Assembly (NCBI GenBank): GCA_036679605.1
Contig: JAZDCZ010000123.1
Span: forward strand, 34,571 to 98,570
Source of the DNA: Gemmatimonadota bacterium
GTDB lineage: Bacteria; Gemmatimonadota; Gemmatimonadetes; Gemmatimonadales; GWC2-71-9
Length of the DNA stretch: 64,000 nt
Reading direction: 5' to 3'
Below the pieces are notes generated by a model, which ran no database searches, had not been told where the DNA came from, and saw only the letters and a program-made list of their open reading frames with translations. Below, in pieces: positions 1 through 9,710 of this stretch. A program made the position numbers and the translations under genes. Each line of letters opens with the position of its first letter. Within the stretch, counting starts at the first letter, position 1.

Positions 1-115
1 AACCGTCGATACCTACAGAGCCCGAGTAATGCACAAGCTCAACCTGAGTCATCGATCGGAACTTGTACACTTCGCACTTCGAACCGGACTCCTAAAACCA
101 AATAGCCCGCCGTGA
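1..115 (+). CDS. C-terminal fragment of a LuxR/NarL-family HTH regulator (5' part outside the window)
   Basis: Frame 2 reads [37 protein letters not shown], the typical LuxR HTH tail. Stop TGA at 113-115. Not in the ORF track. Confidence 0.85.
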   Translation, partial: TVDTYRARVMHKLNLSHRSELVHFALRTGLLKPNSPP

Positions 116-161
116 GCTGCGTGTAGAGGCCGCCGTTCACTCGCTTGCGGGAATCAGGACC

Positions 162-1850
162 TCAAGAATCCACGGTCACCCCGTACTCCGTCAACCGCCC
201 CCGCGCCGCGCGCCTTCGAACCCACAGAACCAGCACAAACTCCATTCCGGCGACTTCGAGGACGGCTAGGAGCACGATGAAATAGCTCACGACCGGAGCA
301 GCCTTTTCCAGAGACAGGAAATACCATGATGAAACGGCCATGCGTAGACCGGTCTCTCCGTTCCTGCCCTCCCAGATATGGAAGCTTATTGGCATGAGCG
401 TGCCGGCACTCAACTGCACTTCGCCTGCTGCCTGCTCCGTTGCAAGCGGCCGGCGGATCACCACCGACCACTGACCATCGTTCCAAACACCTGCACCCGT
501 CGCTTGCTGGCTCTCGGGCGCCTGCGCTTCCGGCGGCCGCTGAGCCCCGCTCCCTCTCAATTCCAACACAGGAGAACCGCTGCCCGAAGCATGCTGTAGC
601 GCAGCGTTCCAGCGCCATAAATCGACCGGCTGGCCGACGTTGCCGTAAACGAAGTGGGGTAACTGGGGAGTCCCCGTGTACCGGGCGGGGAACATGACCT
701 CTGCCGCATCTGGGTATTCACCTCTCACCCGGCGGGTATCGGGGAAGAGCGTGGGATACGTATCGTCGGCCTCCCAGCCCTCCGCCTGGGCAACCGCAGA
801 ATCAGCCGGTAGCGTGTCTGCAAATCTGTCCGCCCAAACGAGTTGCAGAGCTATATCGCTGGCGTTGTACAATGCTCTGACCGAAAGATCGGTCACCGCC
901 GGGATCTGCCAACGCGGCGCAAACGTCGCCTGGCCCGTGAGTGGAATAGACACCGCAGACGTAGTCGCCCAAGCGGGGTCATCCGGACTAGACGGGAGAT
1001 CTCCGTCGACCCGCCGCGCAGCAATCACGACTCCAGCCGAGTTCTCATCTTGCGCCTCGTTACGCAGCGAGGCGACATAGTAGGCTACCTTCCACCGCTC
1101 CTCGCCGGTGAGTGTCTCGGAGTACGATGGCATCGGCGTGCCGTCGAGTCCTGTGCTTAACCGCATGTAGACCTCGCGCGGTGAACTGCCGCCCTTGAAG
1201 CGCCACTGACTGTGGAGATTCGCAGGCCAGATCGCAAAGTCCCAGTCGTCGGTGAGTTCACCCGCTCGCTCGCCATTGCCGCGTCCCTCAGTACCGTGAC
1301 ACTCGAAACAATCCGCCTCTTCAAAGACTTCCCGCCCCTCTGCGATCAACTCGTCTCGCCCACCATCTGGAGGCTCCGGAGGTTCAACAATAAACTCGTA
1401 CGGGTCGAATGCCTCGTCCTCGAACAAGTCGGCTGCGAACGACTTGATGTAGGCAATGACCTGCCACCGCTCCTGCTCGCTGAGCCTCGATTGCCACGCG
1501 GTCATCGCCGTGCCCGCAATTCCCAATGAGATCGTTCGGTAGAGGTCCTCGTCGGTGGGCAACTCCCCACTCTCCGTAGTCCTCAACTTGAAGCTCGCAA
1601 CCGTGAAGTCCCGGGGCCTTGGCCACAAATATTCCGCTACGGGACCCTCTCCGTCTCCGTCCTCTCCGTGACAGAACCAACAGTTCCCCTGATAAGTCTC
1701 TCGTCCGGCAGCGACACTCGCCGAATCTGCGGACGGCCGCTCGGGAACCTCTATTGCGAGCCACTGAGCGGTTGCATGCGCCGGAATCATCACAAGCATG
1801 ACAAGTAACAACGATAGAACCCACTGGGCTGAATGCTGCTCGACTGTCAC
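162..1850 (-). CDS. Diheme cytochrome c fused to an ethylbenzene-dehydrogenase-gamma-like (EB_dh/DOMON) domain, with C-terminal membrane anchor
   Basis: Signal peptide; CWFCH and CFECH; PRPRDFT..FKLRTT..GELPTDEDL; EB_dh-like segments (DLSVRALYN, DAAEVMFP, GVWNDGQWSVVIRRPL, FHIWEG.NGE.G); C-terminal hydrophobic helix. Confidence 0.85.
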   Translation of the reverse strand: MTVEQHSAQWVLSLLLVMLVMIPAHATAQWLAIEVPERPSADSASVAAGRETYQGNCWFCHGEDGDGEGPVAEYLWPRPRDFTVASFKLRTTESGELPTDEDLYRTISLGIAGTAMTAWQSRLSEQERWQVIAYIKSFAADLFEDEAFDPYEFIVEPPEPPDGGRDELIAEGREVFEEADCFECHGTEGRGNGERAGELTDDWDFAIWPANLHSQWRFKGGSSPREVYMRLSTGLDGTPMPSYSETLTGEERWKVAYYVASLRNEAQDENSAGVVIAARRVDGDLPSSPDDPAWATTSAVSIPLTGQATFAPRWQIPAVTDLSVRALYNASDIALQLVWADRFADTLPADSAVAQAEGWEADDTYPTLFPDTRRVRGEYPDAAEVMFPARYTGTPQLPHFVYGNVGQPVDLWRWNAALQHASGSGSPVLELRGSGAQRPPEAQAPESQQATGAGVWNDGQWSVVIRRPLATEQAAGEVQLSAGTLMPISFHIWEGRNGETGLRMAVSSWYFLSLEKAAPVVSYFIVLLAVLEVAGMEFVLVLWVRRRAARGRLTEYGVTVDS

Positions 1851-2653
1851 CGTTCCGCCCCCGCCCCCTCAGGCTGCCGCGGCTCGGTGCCCGAGATGGC
1901 GTACTCGGCCATGATGATCCGCCAGATGTCGTCGTCCTCAAGTTCCTCCCCCCAGGGAGGCATTGCCGAGTGCCACGGAGTCGCCATATCCGGTAGCCCT
2001 AGACCTCCCTTCTGTATGCGCCAGAACGGATATGACTCTACGACGGTGGCGATGGTTCCTGGATCGGAGAAGTTGACGGGACGTAACCGCTGGCCACGCG
2101 CCAATGGACCGTTACCGTCCGCGTTGGTACCGTGACACGGCCGACAGTTTTTTTGATAGAGAACGACGCCCTCTCGTACGACTGACTCCCGCTCTTCTCC
2201 AGTTAGATGGCCAAAAGGATTCTCCGCCTCTGCAAACTCCCTCGGTTGTGTCGGATGCTGGACCCGTACGACTGCGGGGGTCTGGGAGCCGGGCATCACC
2301 ATGCCCCACGCCATCCACCCTCCAAGAATCGGGAACAACGCAAGCAATAACAGTCTCGCATTCCGCTTGGCATCTAGTGGGAAAACAAGCAACCGTACGA
2401 CCGGACCAAGAAACAGTCTCCAACGTTCCTCGTCGCTGCTGACGTATACCAGTGCGCCCATCACGGCACACGCCAAGTAGATGGCTCGTGCAAAGGCCGG
2501 AATCGGAACGGGGTTCTCGCTCACTCCAAACCAGACGGTGACCCATGGCAGAACAAAACGTAGTCCGATGTAGATCCCACCGACGACCGCCACCGTCCAC
2601 AGGAGAACCCGTGGATCGCCAGAACTCTCTTTCACTCGCAGTTGGGCCTTCAC
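1847..2653 (-). CDS. Membrane-anchored monoheme cytochrome c
   Basis: Three N-terminal hydrophobic helices, CRPCH, distal SAMPPW. Stop overlaps the next start. Confidence 0.85.
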   Translation of the reverse strand: MKAQLRVKESSGDPRVLLWTVAVVGGIYIGLRFVLPWVTVWFGVSENPVPIPAFARAIYLACAVMGALVYVSSDEERWRLFLGPVVRLLVFPLDAKRNARLLLLALFPILGGWMAWGMVMPGSQTPAVVRVQHPTQPREFAEAENPFGHLTGEERESVVREGVVLYQKNCRPCHGTNADGNGPLARGQRLRPVNFSDPGTIATVVESYPFWRIQKGGLGLPDMATPWHSAMPPWGEELEDDDIWRIIMAEYAISGTEPRQPEGAGAER

Positions 2654-2663
2654 GATTAGCGCA

Positions 2664-3644
2664 TCATTGGAGCGTCTGCAAAAAGGCGAGAACGTCGTGT
2701 AGCTGTTTCACTGTAAGTACCTCCGCGAAATTGTCGGGCATGAGCGAGATCTCCTGAGTGCGACGCCGCTCAATGTCAGCTAACGCAATGGCCAGTTCCT
2801 CACCGTCGGCGTTGAGTATCCACAGCGAGTCACTGTCCTCGCGGTCGATTCGACCGTCCAATATGCGACCATCCGTCATCTGGACCAGCACCGATTCGTA
2901 CCCACTTGCGATCTCGGTGCTCGGCTCGAGAATAGATTGAATGATGAATTGCGCCGTTCGCGTACCGGCCACGCTCGTCAACTCTGGGCCGACTTTTCCG
3001 CCCTGGTCACCAACCGTGTGGCACTTGGCACATGGGGCCGGGCCGCTGACATCGAAGAAGATCTCCCGACCCCGTAGAGAATCTCCGTCGATATAGGGCT
3101 CCCAGGGCTCCGTCGAGGCTCCTTGGCGCCCAGCTTGTTTGATCTCCGGAGGCAGGACAATGCTAGTTGGGTCGGGTACGCCACCCACCGACTGGAGATA
3201 GAGGATCACTGAGGAGATTTGATCGGCACTCAAGCTGATGGGCGGCTCGTACACCTTTGGCATCTCGTCCTTGTATCCCTCTACGACGTAGGCACTGGGG
3301 TTGGCGATCGACTCAATCAGGTATTGCGTTGCCGACATCTCTGTACCCAATTCAGCGCCCCGCTCCCGCGCTCGCTCCGCTGCCCGGATCGCGATCTCGG
3401 ACCCGGTCTCAGATTCCCCTAGATTCGGACAGCGAATGGAACTGCCTAGCGTGCCGATAGAATGGCAAGTGTGGCATTTGCCCAGGTTCCAGAAAATCTG
3501 CTCGCCATTCTCGACGCTTACGCCCTCCGCCAACGGTACCGCTCCCCCACCACCGGATGCGCTCGTTACGATTTCACCGGCCCAAACGAAGAGAAGGACC
3601 AACACGACCGTGAACGTGGGAGCCTTGAGCCAGCTAATCCCCAT
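2664..3644 (-). CDS. Diheme cytochrome c (second domain resembles the planctomycete-type putative heme-binding domain)
   Basis: CHTCH...EMP and CAKCH..GGKVGPELT...SILEPS.EIASGY...SLMPDNF; N-terminal signal/TM helix. Confidence 0.85.
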   Translation of the reverse strand: MGISWLKAPTFTVVLVLLFVWAGEIVTSASGGGGAVPLAEGVSVENGEQIFWNLGKCHTCHSIGTLGSSIRCPNLGESETGSEIAIRAAERARERGAELGTEMSATQYLIESIANPSAYVVEGYKDEMPKVYEPPISLSADQISSVILYLQSVGGVPDPTSIVLPPEIKQAGRQGASTEPWEPYIDGDSLRGREIFFDVSGPAPCAKCHTVGDQGGKVGPELTSVAGTRTAQFIIQSILEPSTEIASGYESVLVQMTDGRILDGRIDREDSDSLWILNADGEELAIALADIERRRTQEISLMPDNFAEVLTVKQLHDVLAFLQTLQ

Positions 3645-5622
3645 CAGCAGCTACTTCCGTCTGTTTTCCGGTAAGCCCTGCCAACCAGAAGAGGAACGCC
3701 ACCGCGGCCAAGAACACGATGGTGATGCCACCCACCATTCGCGCCATTACGGCATTGCTCGGCGTGAACGCCCATGCTGAGGTGTCCTGCATCACTCCAT
3801 AGATGTGCCAATTCTCGCGCAGGCCGGAGCGAACGAAGCCCATGAGTCCCATCGTGAGCACTATATCCACGCAGAGCGCAATGAGAGCGAACTGCGACCT
3901 ACCGGTGACCTGCCCCCACTTGATAGCCCCCATACTTTGCGAGCCGCGCAGTAGGAGGATATCGATGGCCGTCACCAGAAGAAGCGCAGTCATTAGAACA
4001 AGCCACTGTGCGACGGCAATCTGCCTGAGGAACGGATTTGCTTCAGTCATCACTACGAAGCCGTACACACCAAGCACGCCCACAGACGCGACCGCCACGA
4101 CAGCTACATAGATCACCTGTGCGAGGTGGCCTTTGTCGCGAAGAGTGAGAACAACGCAGGCCACCACCGTTACCATCATGCCGACAAGAAGAAACGCAGG
4201 GAGCCTAAAATAGACGGCCTTCTCAGGCGCAAGATCCATAGATTCCGGGGCTAGGGTGAACAGCGCATGCGCATACCACCCCAAAATGAGCAAACACACG
4301 GCTCCGGCTACGAACAGCACACTCTTCGCCATGTTGCCCTGGCTGGATATGGGCACCAGATCGGTCTTGTTGCCCCGTCTATACAGTAGAAAGCTCGCGA
4401 ACGTTGTCAGAATGATGAAGTTGATCACGGCGTTCTTCGCTGACATGAGGCCGAGATATCCCAGCAACGGATGGATCTGGCCACCCATGGCTAGTTGTTC
4501 TTCAGCGCGGAGCGGCAAGTTGCGCGGAGTCAGCCAGACCGCCACGCACACGATGAGAATCGCGTTGAAGTACTTGATGTATTTTTGGTACCGTTCGGCA
4601 CCCGGAATGCGGCTCATCCCGGACCACAGATAATAATTCCCGATAATAAAAAGCAAGCCAACCAACATGGCCTGCATGATGAAGGTCCAAGAAAAAGCGC
4701 CACCCATCATGTTGTTCCCCATTATCGGGCTCGCGCTGTATATTTCTCTTCCCAAGTAGTAGCCGGCAAATGGCAGCGGGATGAGGGCTGCCAACCCCAC
4801 AAAGTTCCCCACGTACCCCATCCAGTCGTAGTGGGCGCGCTTGTCTTTAGTGTCAGCAGATAGAAACTTCACTGCTGCATACGCGCCTACGACGAAGCCA
4901 CCGAACGCTACGTTGCCAAGTACTCTATGAATGTTGAGCGGCATCCAAAGCGGGTTGGCTACTGCGTCCATAGTGGTACCCACAAAGGTACCGGTTTCAT
5001 CAATTCCCACCGGGCTCATCATGTAAGACGCCCAGGCATTGCCGAGGAATACCAGAGAGGTGCCTACGACGTTGAGCAGTACACCTATGGCGATGTGAAG
5101 TCCCTTGCGACGCTGTAGTCGATCCCACGAGTTGTAGTAGAGATAGAGAACGGCCGTCTCCACGAAGAAGAACCCCGCATATATGTACATCGACGGCGCA
5201 AAAATCCGGATGAAGTAGTTCGCGAACTTTGGGTATAGCCCAAACAATGTGAACGCCAACAAGCCGCCCAGTGCGGCGGTCGTGGCAAAGGCGGCGGCCA
5301 GCAATTTCGTGAACTCGCGCGCGAGATCGTCGTAGCGCTTATCTCCGGTGCGCCATCCAATGAACTCGACTATTACAGCAAAGATGGGAACGCCGAGAAC
5401 GAATGCGGCGAAGAGCAAGTGGAGTTGAGCCACGAACCAGACTACGCGACGCGGATTCAGTCCGAAGAACGTTCGAACATCATCAACCGACGTAAGCGGA
5501 TCACCTTGAACCGCGTACAGCGTATTGGGCGTAAGGAAGCCAAGGGCCAGGAGGGAGACAACAATCCCCCCGGCCAGAATCCAGACGTTTTTACTTCTAG
5601 CGCCGCCCGCGCGAGCGTTCAC
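3634..5622 (-). CDS. Cytochrome bd-like oxidase subunit I (CydA-like, Nitrospira/anammox type)
   Basis: AQLHLLFAAFVLG (His19-like), FFVETAVLYLY, NPLWMPLNIHR (His186-like), HYDWMGY, GLMSAKN, GFVRSGLRENWHIYG; polytopic 662 aa; no recognisable Q-loop. Confidence 0.85.
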   Translation of the reverse strand: MNARAGGARSKNVWILAGGIVVSLLALGFLTPNTLYAVQGDPLTSVDDVRTFFGLNPRRVVWFVAQLHLLFAAFVLGVPIFAVIVEFIGWRTGDKRYDDLAREFTKLLAAAFATTAALGGLLAFTLFGLYPKFANYFIRIFAPSMYIYAGFFFVETAVLYLYYNSWDRLQRRKGLHIAIGVLLNVVGTSLVFLGNAWASYMMSPVGIDETGTFVGTTMDAVANPLWMPLNIHRVLGNVAFGGFVVGAYAAVKFLSADTKDKRAHYDWMGYVGNFVGLAALIPLPFAGYYLGREIYSASPIMGNNMMGGAFSWTFIMQAMLVGLLFIIGNYYLWSGMSRIPGAERYQKYIKYFNAILIVCVAVWLTPRNLPLRAEEQLAMGGQIHPLLGYLGLMSAKNAVINFIILTTFASFLLYRRGNKTDLVPISSQGNMAKSVLFVAGAVCLLILGWYAHALFTLAPESMDLAPEKAVYFRLPAFLLVGMMVTVVACVVLTLRDKGHLAQVIYVAVVAVASVGVLGVYGFVVMTEANPFLRQIAVAQWLVLMTALLLVTAIDILLLRGSQSMGAIKWGQVTGRSQFALIALCVDIVLTMGLMGFVRSGLRENWHIYGVMQDTSAWAFTPSNAVMARMVGGITIVFLAAVAFLFWLAGLTGKQTEVAADGD

Positions 5623-5629
5623 CGGTCGG

Positions 5630-6433
5630 CTAGCTCTTACCCAGATCTATACGCAGCTCAGTCGCTTTACCCGGCGCGACAGTCACCGACTGGGTACTTG
5701 TACCCAGAGTTTCGTGCCAAATCTCCAGCTCGTACGTGCCTGCCGGCACGTTTTCGAGAACGAATTTGCCCACTTCATCCGAGACCGCATTGTAAGGATG
5801 ATCGATCACGACGATCCAAGCATTCATCCACCCGTGGATATCGCACTTGACCTTCACTTTCTCGGGGGCGCGGAACTTGACCTCGATCTTGTGTAACTCC
5901 TTCGGCTGCGCGCGGTTCACCGGTCGGTTGTCGAACGCAGCGGTATGGACGTTGTGTGTGAGCGGGTCGTTGTTCAGGATGTTCACTGGTGCTCCCACGG
6001 CAGCCAACACAACATGCGGCGAAAACTGGCATCCGTGCTGATCGAGAGCCGGAGGAGCTGCAGGCTGCTTCAGCGCCGCACCACGGGTCACATCCACGAG
6101 CGAAATTACTGCGTCTGCAAGGCCGTTTCCCCCACCTACGTTGACGGTCTGTATTTCTCTCGACTGCCCGCAAGTCTCGGCATCATCGGTGACAGTGATG
6201 GAGCGAACCGGAGGAACTGTGCCGACAAAGCGAATCGTGCCGCTTATGGTGCCACCGTCAGTTACCTCCACCACCGTGTAGCCGCCACTGGACTCCACTG
6301 CCGCTGGTGTGGCAGCCGCGGGCGGTGGAGTCTCGTCCTTTTGGCCCGCCGAGTCATTGCCACCACCGCATGCCACCAACGTGAACGCCAACGGTAAATA
6401 GATCTTGCCGCACATCCCGATGTGTCGTCTCAT
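5630..6433 (-). CDS. Lipoprotein with cupredoxin-like and carboxypeptidase-regulatory-like domains
   Basis: Lipobox LVAC; DPLTHNVH...KCDIHGWM; HPY...G.F.LENVPAGTYELEIWHE. Confidence 0.8.
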   Translation of the reverse strand: MRRHIGMCGKIYLPLAFTLVACGGGNDSAGQKDETPPPAAATPAAVESSGGYTVVEVTDGGTISGTIRFVGTVPPVRSITVTDDAETCGQSREIQTVNVGGGNGLADAVISLVDVTRGAALKQPAAPPALDQHGCQFSPHVVLAAVGAPVNILNNDPLTHNVHTAAFDNRPVNRAQPKELHKIEVKFRAPEKVKVKCDIHGWMNAWIVVIDHPYNAVSDEVGKFVLENVPAGTYELEIWHETLGTSTQSVTVAPGKATELRIDLGKS

Positions 6434-7143
6434 TGATTCCCCTTATCGTTGTCAGTCTCCATCGCTGGAAGCAGGAAGTCTACCGATGTCGTTGCACCTG
6501 ATGTCACCGTAACCGATTGCTCCAACTCTCCCAATAACTCATGCCACAGTTTCAACGTGTACGTGCCCGGAGGTACATTAGCGATGTGGAACGTCCCGGC
6601 TTCATCCGTTATATCGTAGAATGGGTGGTCGAACACGAGTATCTTCGCCGTCATCCAGCCGTGAGTATCACATTCAACGTCCACTATCCCGGCTCGGCGC
6701 AGAATCCGAGAGTTCTCGATCTTGTCACCTTGGTGTGGGAGCGCAAGATTTGCTAGAGTGCGCCGCCGCATACGGAGATGCGTATTGTGTAGAATTGGAT
6801 CTTGGTTACCGATCTCGACGATGCTCTTCGCCGAAGCGACCAACACCGGGGGGTCAAAGCTACACTTGTCGTTCAACAGCGTGACGGGCTCCGTCGTCGC
6901 CTTCCCTTCGGCGCCTTCAACGTGCACCACCGCGTATTGCACCTTCCCATCGTTCACCATCAATTGCTTTGAGGACAATGTCTGCCCGCAGTACTCTTGG
7001 TTCTTGGTGACGGCGATCGTCTTGACTTCCGGCGCGGCACCATCGTACCGTATGGTCCCTTCTATCGCACCCCCCTGCGCAAGCACTGTAGTAGCAAGCG
7101 GACTGAGTGCGAACATCAGCACCCCTGATCGGTATAACCTCAT
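6430..7143 (-). CDS. Secreted cupredoxin-like/carboxypeptidase-regulatory-like protein (paralog)
   Basis: Signal peptide; DPILHNTH...ECDTHGWM; VPPGTYTLKLWHE. Confidence 0.8.
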   Translation of the reverse strand: MRLYRSGVLMFALSPLATTVLAQGGAIEGTIRYDGAAPEVKTIAVTKNQEYCGQTLSSKQLMVNDGKVQYAVVHVEGAEGKATTEPVTLLNDKCSFDPPVLVASAKSIVEIGNQDPILHNTHLRMRRRTLANLALPHQGDKIENSRILRRAGIVDVECDTHGWMTAKILVFDHPFYDITDEAGTFHIANVPPGTYTLKLWHELLGELEQSVTVTSGATTSVDFLLPAMETDNDKGNQ

Positions 7144-7156
7144 CCTTGCTCCTTCT

Positions 7157-9706
7157 CTAGTTGTTGTTGCTGTTTGACTGGGAGAACAGTTTCGTCCGGA
7201 TGTATTCCACGACGCGCTCGATCTCTTCGTCGGTCAAGACGCCGGCCAATTCATCGCTTCCCTCACCCCACGGAGGCATCGCCTGGGTGTAACGCCCCTT
7301 CTTAGGTACTTCGAAAACGGCATCCCGGCTCTGGCTTGCGATGGTCCTCAGATTTTTGCCGGTTATCCCCTGCCCTTTGGACCCGTGGCACAACATACAA
7401 TTGCGTTTGAATATCTCTTCACCGCTGAGATCGGAACCGCGATCGATCGGTTGAGATGAAGGCAGAGGTATCAACGTCCCGTTGAATCGCTCCATCGGAG
7501 GCCGCTCGATGTCTTGGCCAAGCAGCTCCACCATGTCACCGCTCAGTCGAGTCGAGGCAATGACCGCTGAGGGGTCCAAAGCTCGATTCGCCTTGGCGAC
7601 GGTCAGGCCACCGTACCCCTGCTTCACGATAGTAAACTGGTTCGGGTGGTGGTCGTCACCCTTGATTTTGTAGAATGCACGGTTCGTCGGTCCACCGATA
7701 TTGACCGCCACCTTCCCGGCCGGCAACGGCGCTATGCCGTATCTTCCATGGCCGTGCTTGAGGAACGGTATGCCATCGGCGTCCTCGTCTTGATTCACCA
7801 CACCGTAGCTCAGCTCTCCCGTTCGGTTGTCCTCAGACATCTGGAACCCACTGTTGTCCACCGTCTGAATGAACCAGCGGCTGAATTGCTCCATCATCGG
7901 CTTTACATCCTGGAGGGGTGTGGCAAGCATCAACTCCCTCATGGCTCCCATGGCCGCGGCGACGTCGAATGGCGTGAGCACGACGGTATTGTCGTCGCGG
8001 CTGCTACGGTACAGGCCGGTCGCTTGATCCCAGAAGTGCTCTTGCAGATACCGCCAGGTTTTGTGCGCAGCAAGACGATATCGATCATCTTCGGTCGCGT
8101 GGTACGCGGCTACAAGAGCCCGAATTCCGAACCACTGCGGGGTGCTGAGATCTGCCCCCCCCTGTCCTTGCCGGTTCGATACGTCATAAGACTCGTTGAA
8201 AGCGCCATCGGCTCCTTGAACGGCGATCAAGAAGTCCGCAGTGCCGACCAGAAGTCCCAGGGCTTGATCACCAATCTCGGGCTCGAATCCGCTTGTCTCA
8301 CGGCGATCTCTGATCTCGTTCAGGGCCACGAGAGCGAGGGCCGCATCCTTCATTTGCAGTACTCTACCTGTCTTGTCCTTGGGAGTCCACTTGGAAACGA
8401 GGACTCCATCCGACGTGTGCATCGCCGCAATGTTCTTGACCAGCACGTCGGAGAGTCCGCGCGCAACATTCACGGTGCGTTTCTCGATGATGCCACCGTC
8501 AACCGGCGGGTTGTCGGTGAAGGCTTTCCCCTCGAACCGTACGACCAGCCACTCGTACTCCGCCGTAGCCCAGAGCCATGACGCCTGGTCCCAAAGTTGG
8601 CTCGAGTTGTCGGCTATCTTGTCTAGGGCAAAGAGCCGTTCGGGTAAATCTCCGATATAGAGCACATTCGGCGTGATCTGGTGCGGAAGATACCGGAGCC
8701 CGTCCTTGGGCTCATAGGTAAGTGGATTGATCCCCCCCAATTTGTGGCCCTTTTCATCGGCAAAGAGGGCAGCCTTCGCCTCCAATAGGGTGTTGAATCC
8801 GGTCATCGTAAGCATTGTCCCACGGAAACCTTCTTCCGCGTCGTTTCCGAGCAGGCTCATCTCTACCAACGGATCGGACGGTGAAGGCACAGTGTGCTCC
8901 GAGTGGAACATGTACTCGACCCAGACCAACTGCTTCTTGAGCGTCTGGCCGATTCCCCCCATGTCGAACTTGATCTCCATCCGGTCACGGTCCCAGCGAG
9001 TGTTGCGCCAATCCATGAAATAACGTGGAACACCCCAGTTGCCTTTTTTGTCACTTTGCGGATCGTCGAAGTCGTCCTCGACTACGATCGGGCCCGTAAA
9101 ATGGGGATCTCCCGACGCATACTGGAGATAGTTCGGCGAGGCGTCGTCGAACACCCGTGGAAATCCGGTGCGCTTGTAGTAGAACGGCAGATAGATCCCC
9201 AGAAAAATATCCTTGTTGGACCAAATGCGTTCTCCCCGATCCCGCTGGAGGCGGTTCTTCTGGGAGAATTCGCGGGCCTTCAACGTCCAGTAGGGACCGT
9301 GGATCATGCTGATGCCCAAGTGAGACTGTGCGGCCGCGTTGGAAAGCATATAGCGCGAGTACCAGTATGCCTCCTGAGCGGTAACCCAGGAGAACACTCT
9401 ATCGTGCGCAACTGGGAAGCCGGCATTCACCGTCTCAAGGAAGAATGATATTCCTGTATAGAATTCCTCGTTCGCCAAATACATGCCTTCGTTGGTGTAC
9501 CAGCGACGGTCGACGACCTTGGACTCGAGCGGAGAGCGGTATGCTGAGAGATCGGGTTGCGGTGTTCCACCCTTCTGGAGCACCTCCCGACCATCTGGTG
9601 CATGGATGGTAATCTGGGCCGATGCGCCCGCAACGGAGAATACTAACAGGCTCCCGAGCGCGGCGGTTGTTTGTTTGAGACTAAACACGGGTTGCCTCAC
9701 AATCAT
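7157..9706 (-). CDS. Uncharacterised secreted 849-aa protein with probable alpha/alpha-barrel region and C-terminal cytochrome c
   Basis: Signal peptide (ASA-Q); helical-hairpin segment IRALVAAYHATEDDRYRLAAHKTWRYLQEHFWD; CMLCH...AMPPW near the C-terminus. Confidence 0.75.
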   Translation of the reverse strand: MIVRQPVFSLKQTTAALGSLLVFSVAGASAQITIHAPDGREVLQKGGTPQPDLSAYRSPLESKVVDRRWYTNEGMYLANEEFYTGISFFLETVNAGFPVAHDRVFSWVTAQEAYWYSRYMLSNAAAQSHLGISMIHGPYWTLKAREFSQKNRLQRDRGERIWSNKDIFLGIYLPFYYKRTGFPRVFDDASPNYLQYASGDPHFTGPIVVEDDFDDPQSDKKGNWGVPRYFMDWRNTRWDRDRMEIKFDMGGIGQTLKKQLVWVEYMFHSEHTVPSPSDPLVEMSLLGNDAEEGFRGTMLTMTGFNTLLEAKAALFADEKGHKLGGINPLTYEPKDGLRYLPHQITPNVLYIGDLPERLFALDKIADNSSQLWDQASWLWATAEYEWLVVRFEGKAFTDNPPVDGGIIEKRTVNVARGLSDVLVKNIAAMHTSDGVLVSKWTPKDKTGRVLQMKDAALALVALNEIRDRRETSGFEPEIGDQALGLLVGTADFLIAVQGADGAFNESYDVSNRQGQGGADLSTPQWFGIRALVAAYHATEDDRYRLAAHKTWRYLQEHFWDQATGLYRSSRDDNTVVLTPFDVAAAMGAMRELMLATPLQDVKPMMEQFSRWFIQTVDNSGFQMSEDNRTGELSYGVVNQDEDADGIPFLKHGHGRYGIAPLPAGKVAVNIGGPTNRAFYKIKGDDHHPNQFTIVKQGYGGLTVAKANRALDPSAVIASTRLSGDMVELLGQDIERPPMERFNGTLIPLPSSQPIDRGSDLSGEEIFKRNCMLCHGSKGQGITGKNLRTIASQSRDAVFEVPKKGRYTQAMPPWGEGSDELAGVLTDEEIERVVEYIRTKLFSQSNSNNN

Positions 9707-9710
9707 TGAG

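Noticed and set aside
162..5622. Nitrite oxidoreductase (NXR) cluster
   Set aside because: EB_dh and bd-like genes resemble NXR-associated genes, but there is no NxrA/NxrB; the only bisPGD enzyme lacks a Tat signal and a beta subunit.
7646..8581. 311-aa plus-strand ORF
   Set aside because: Antisense shadow of the 849-aa gene, with no recognisable motifs.
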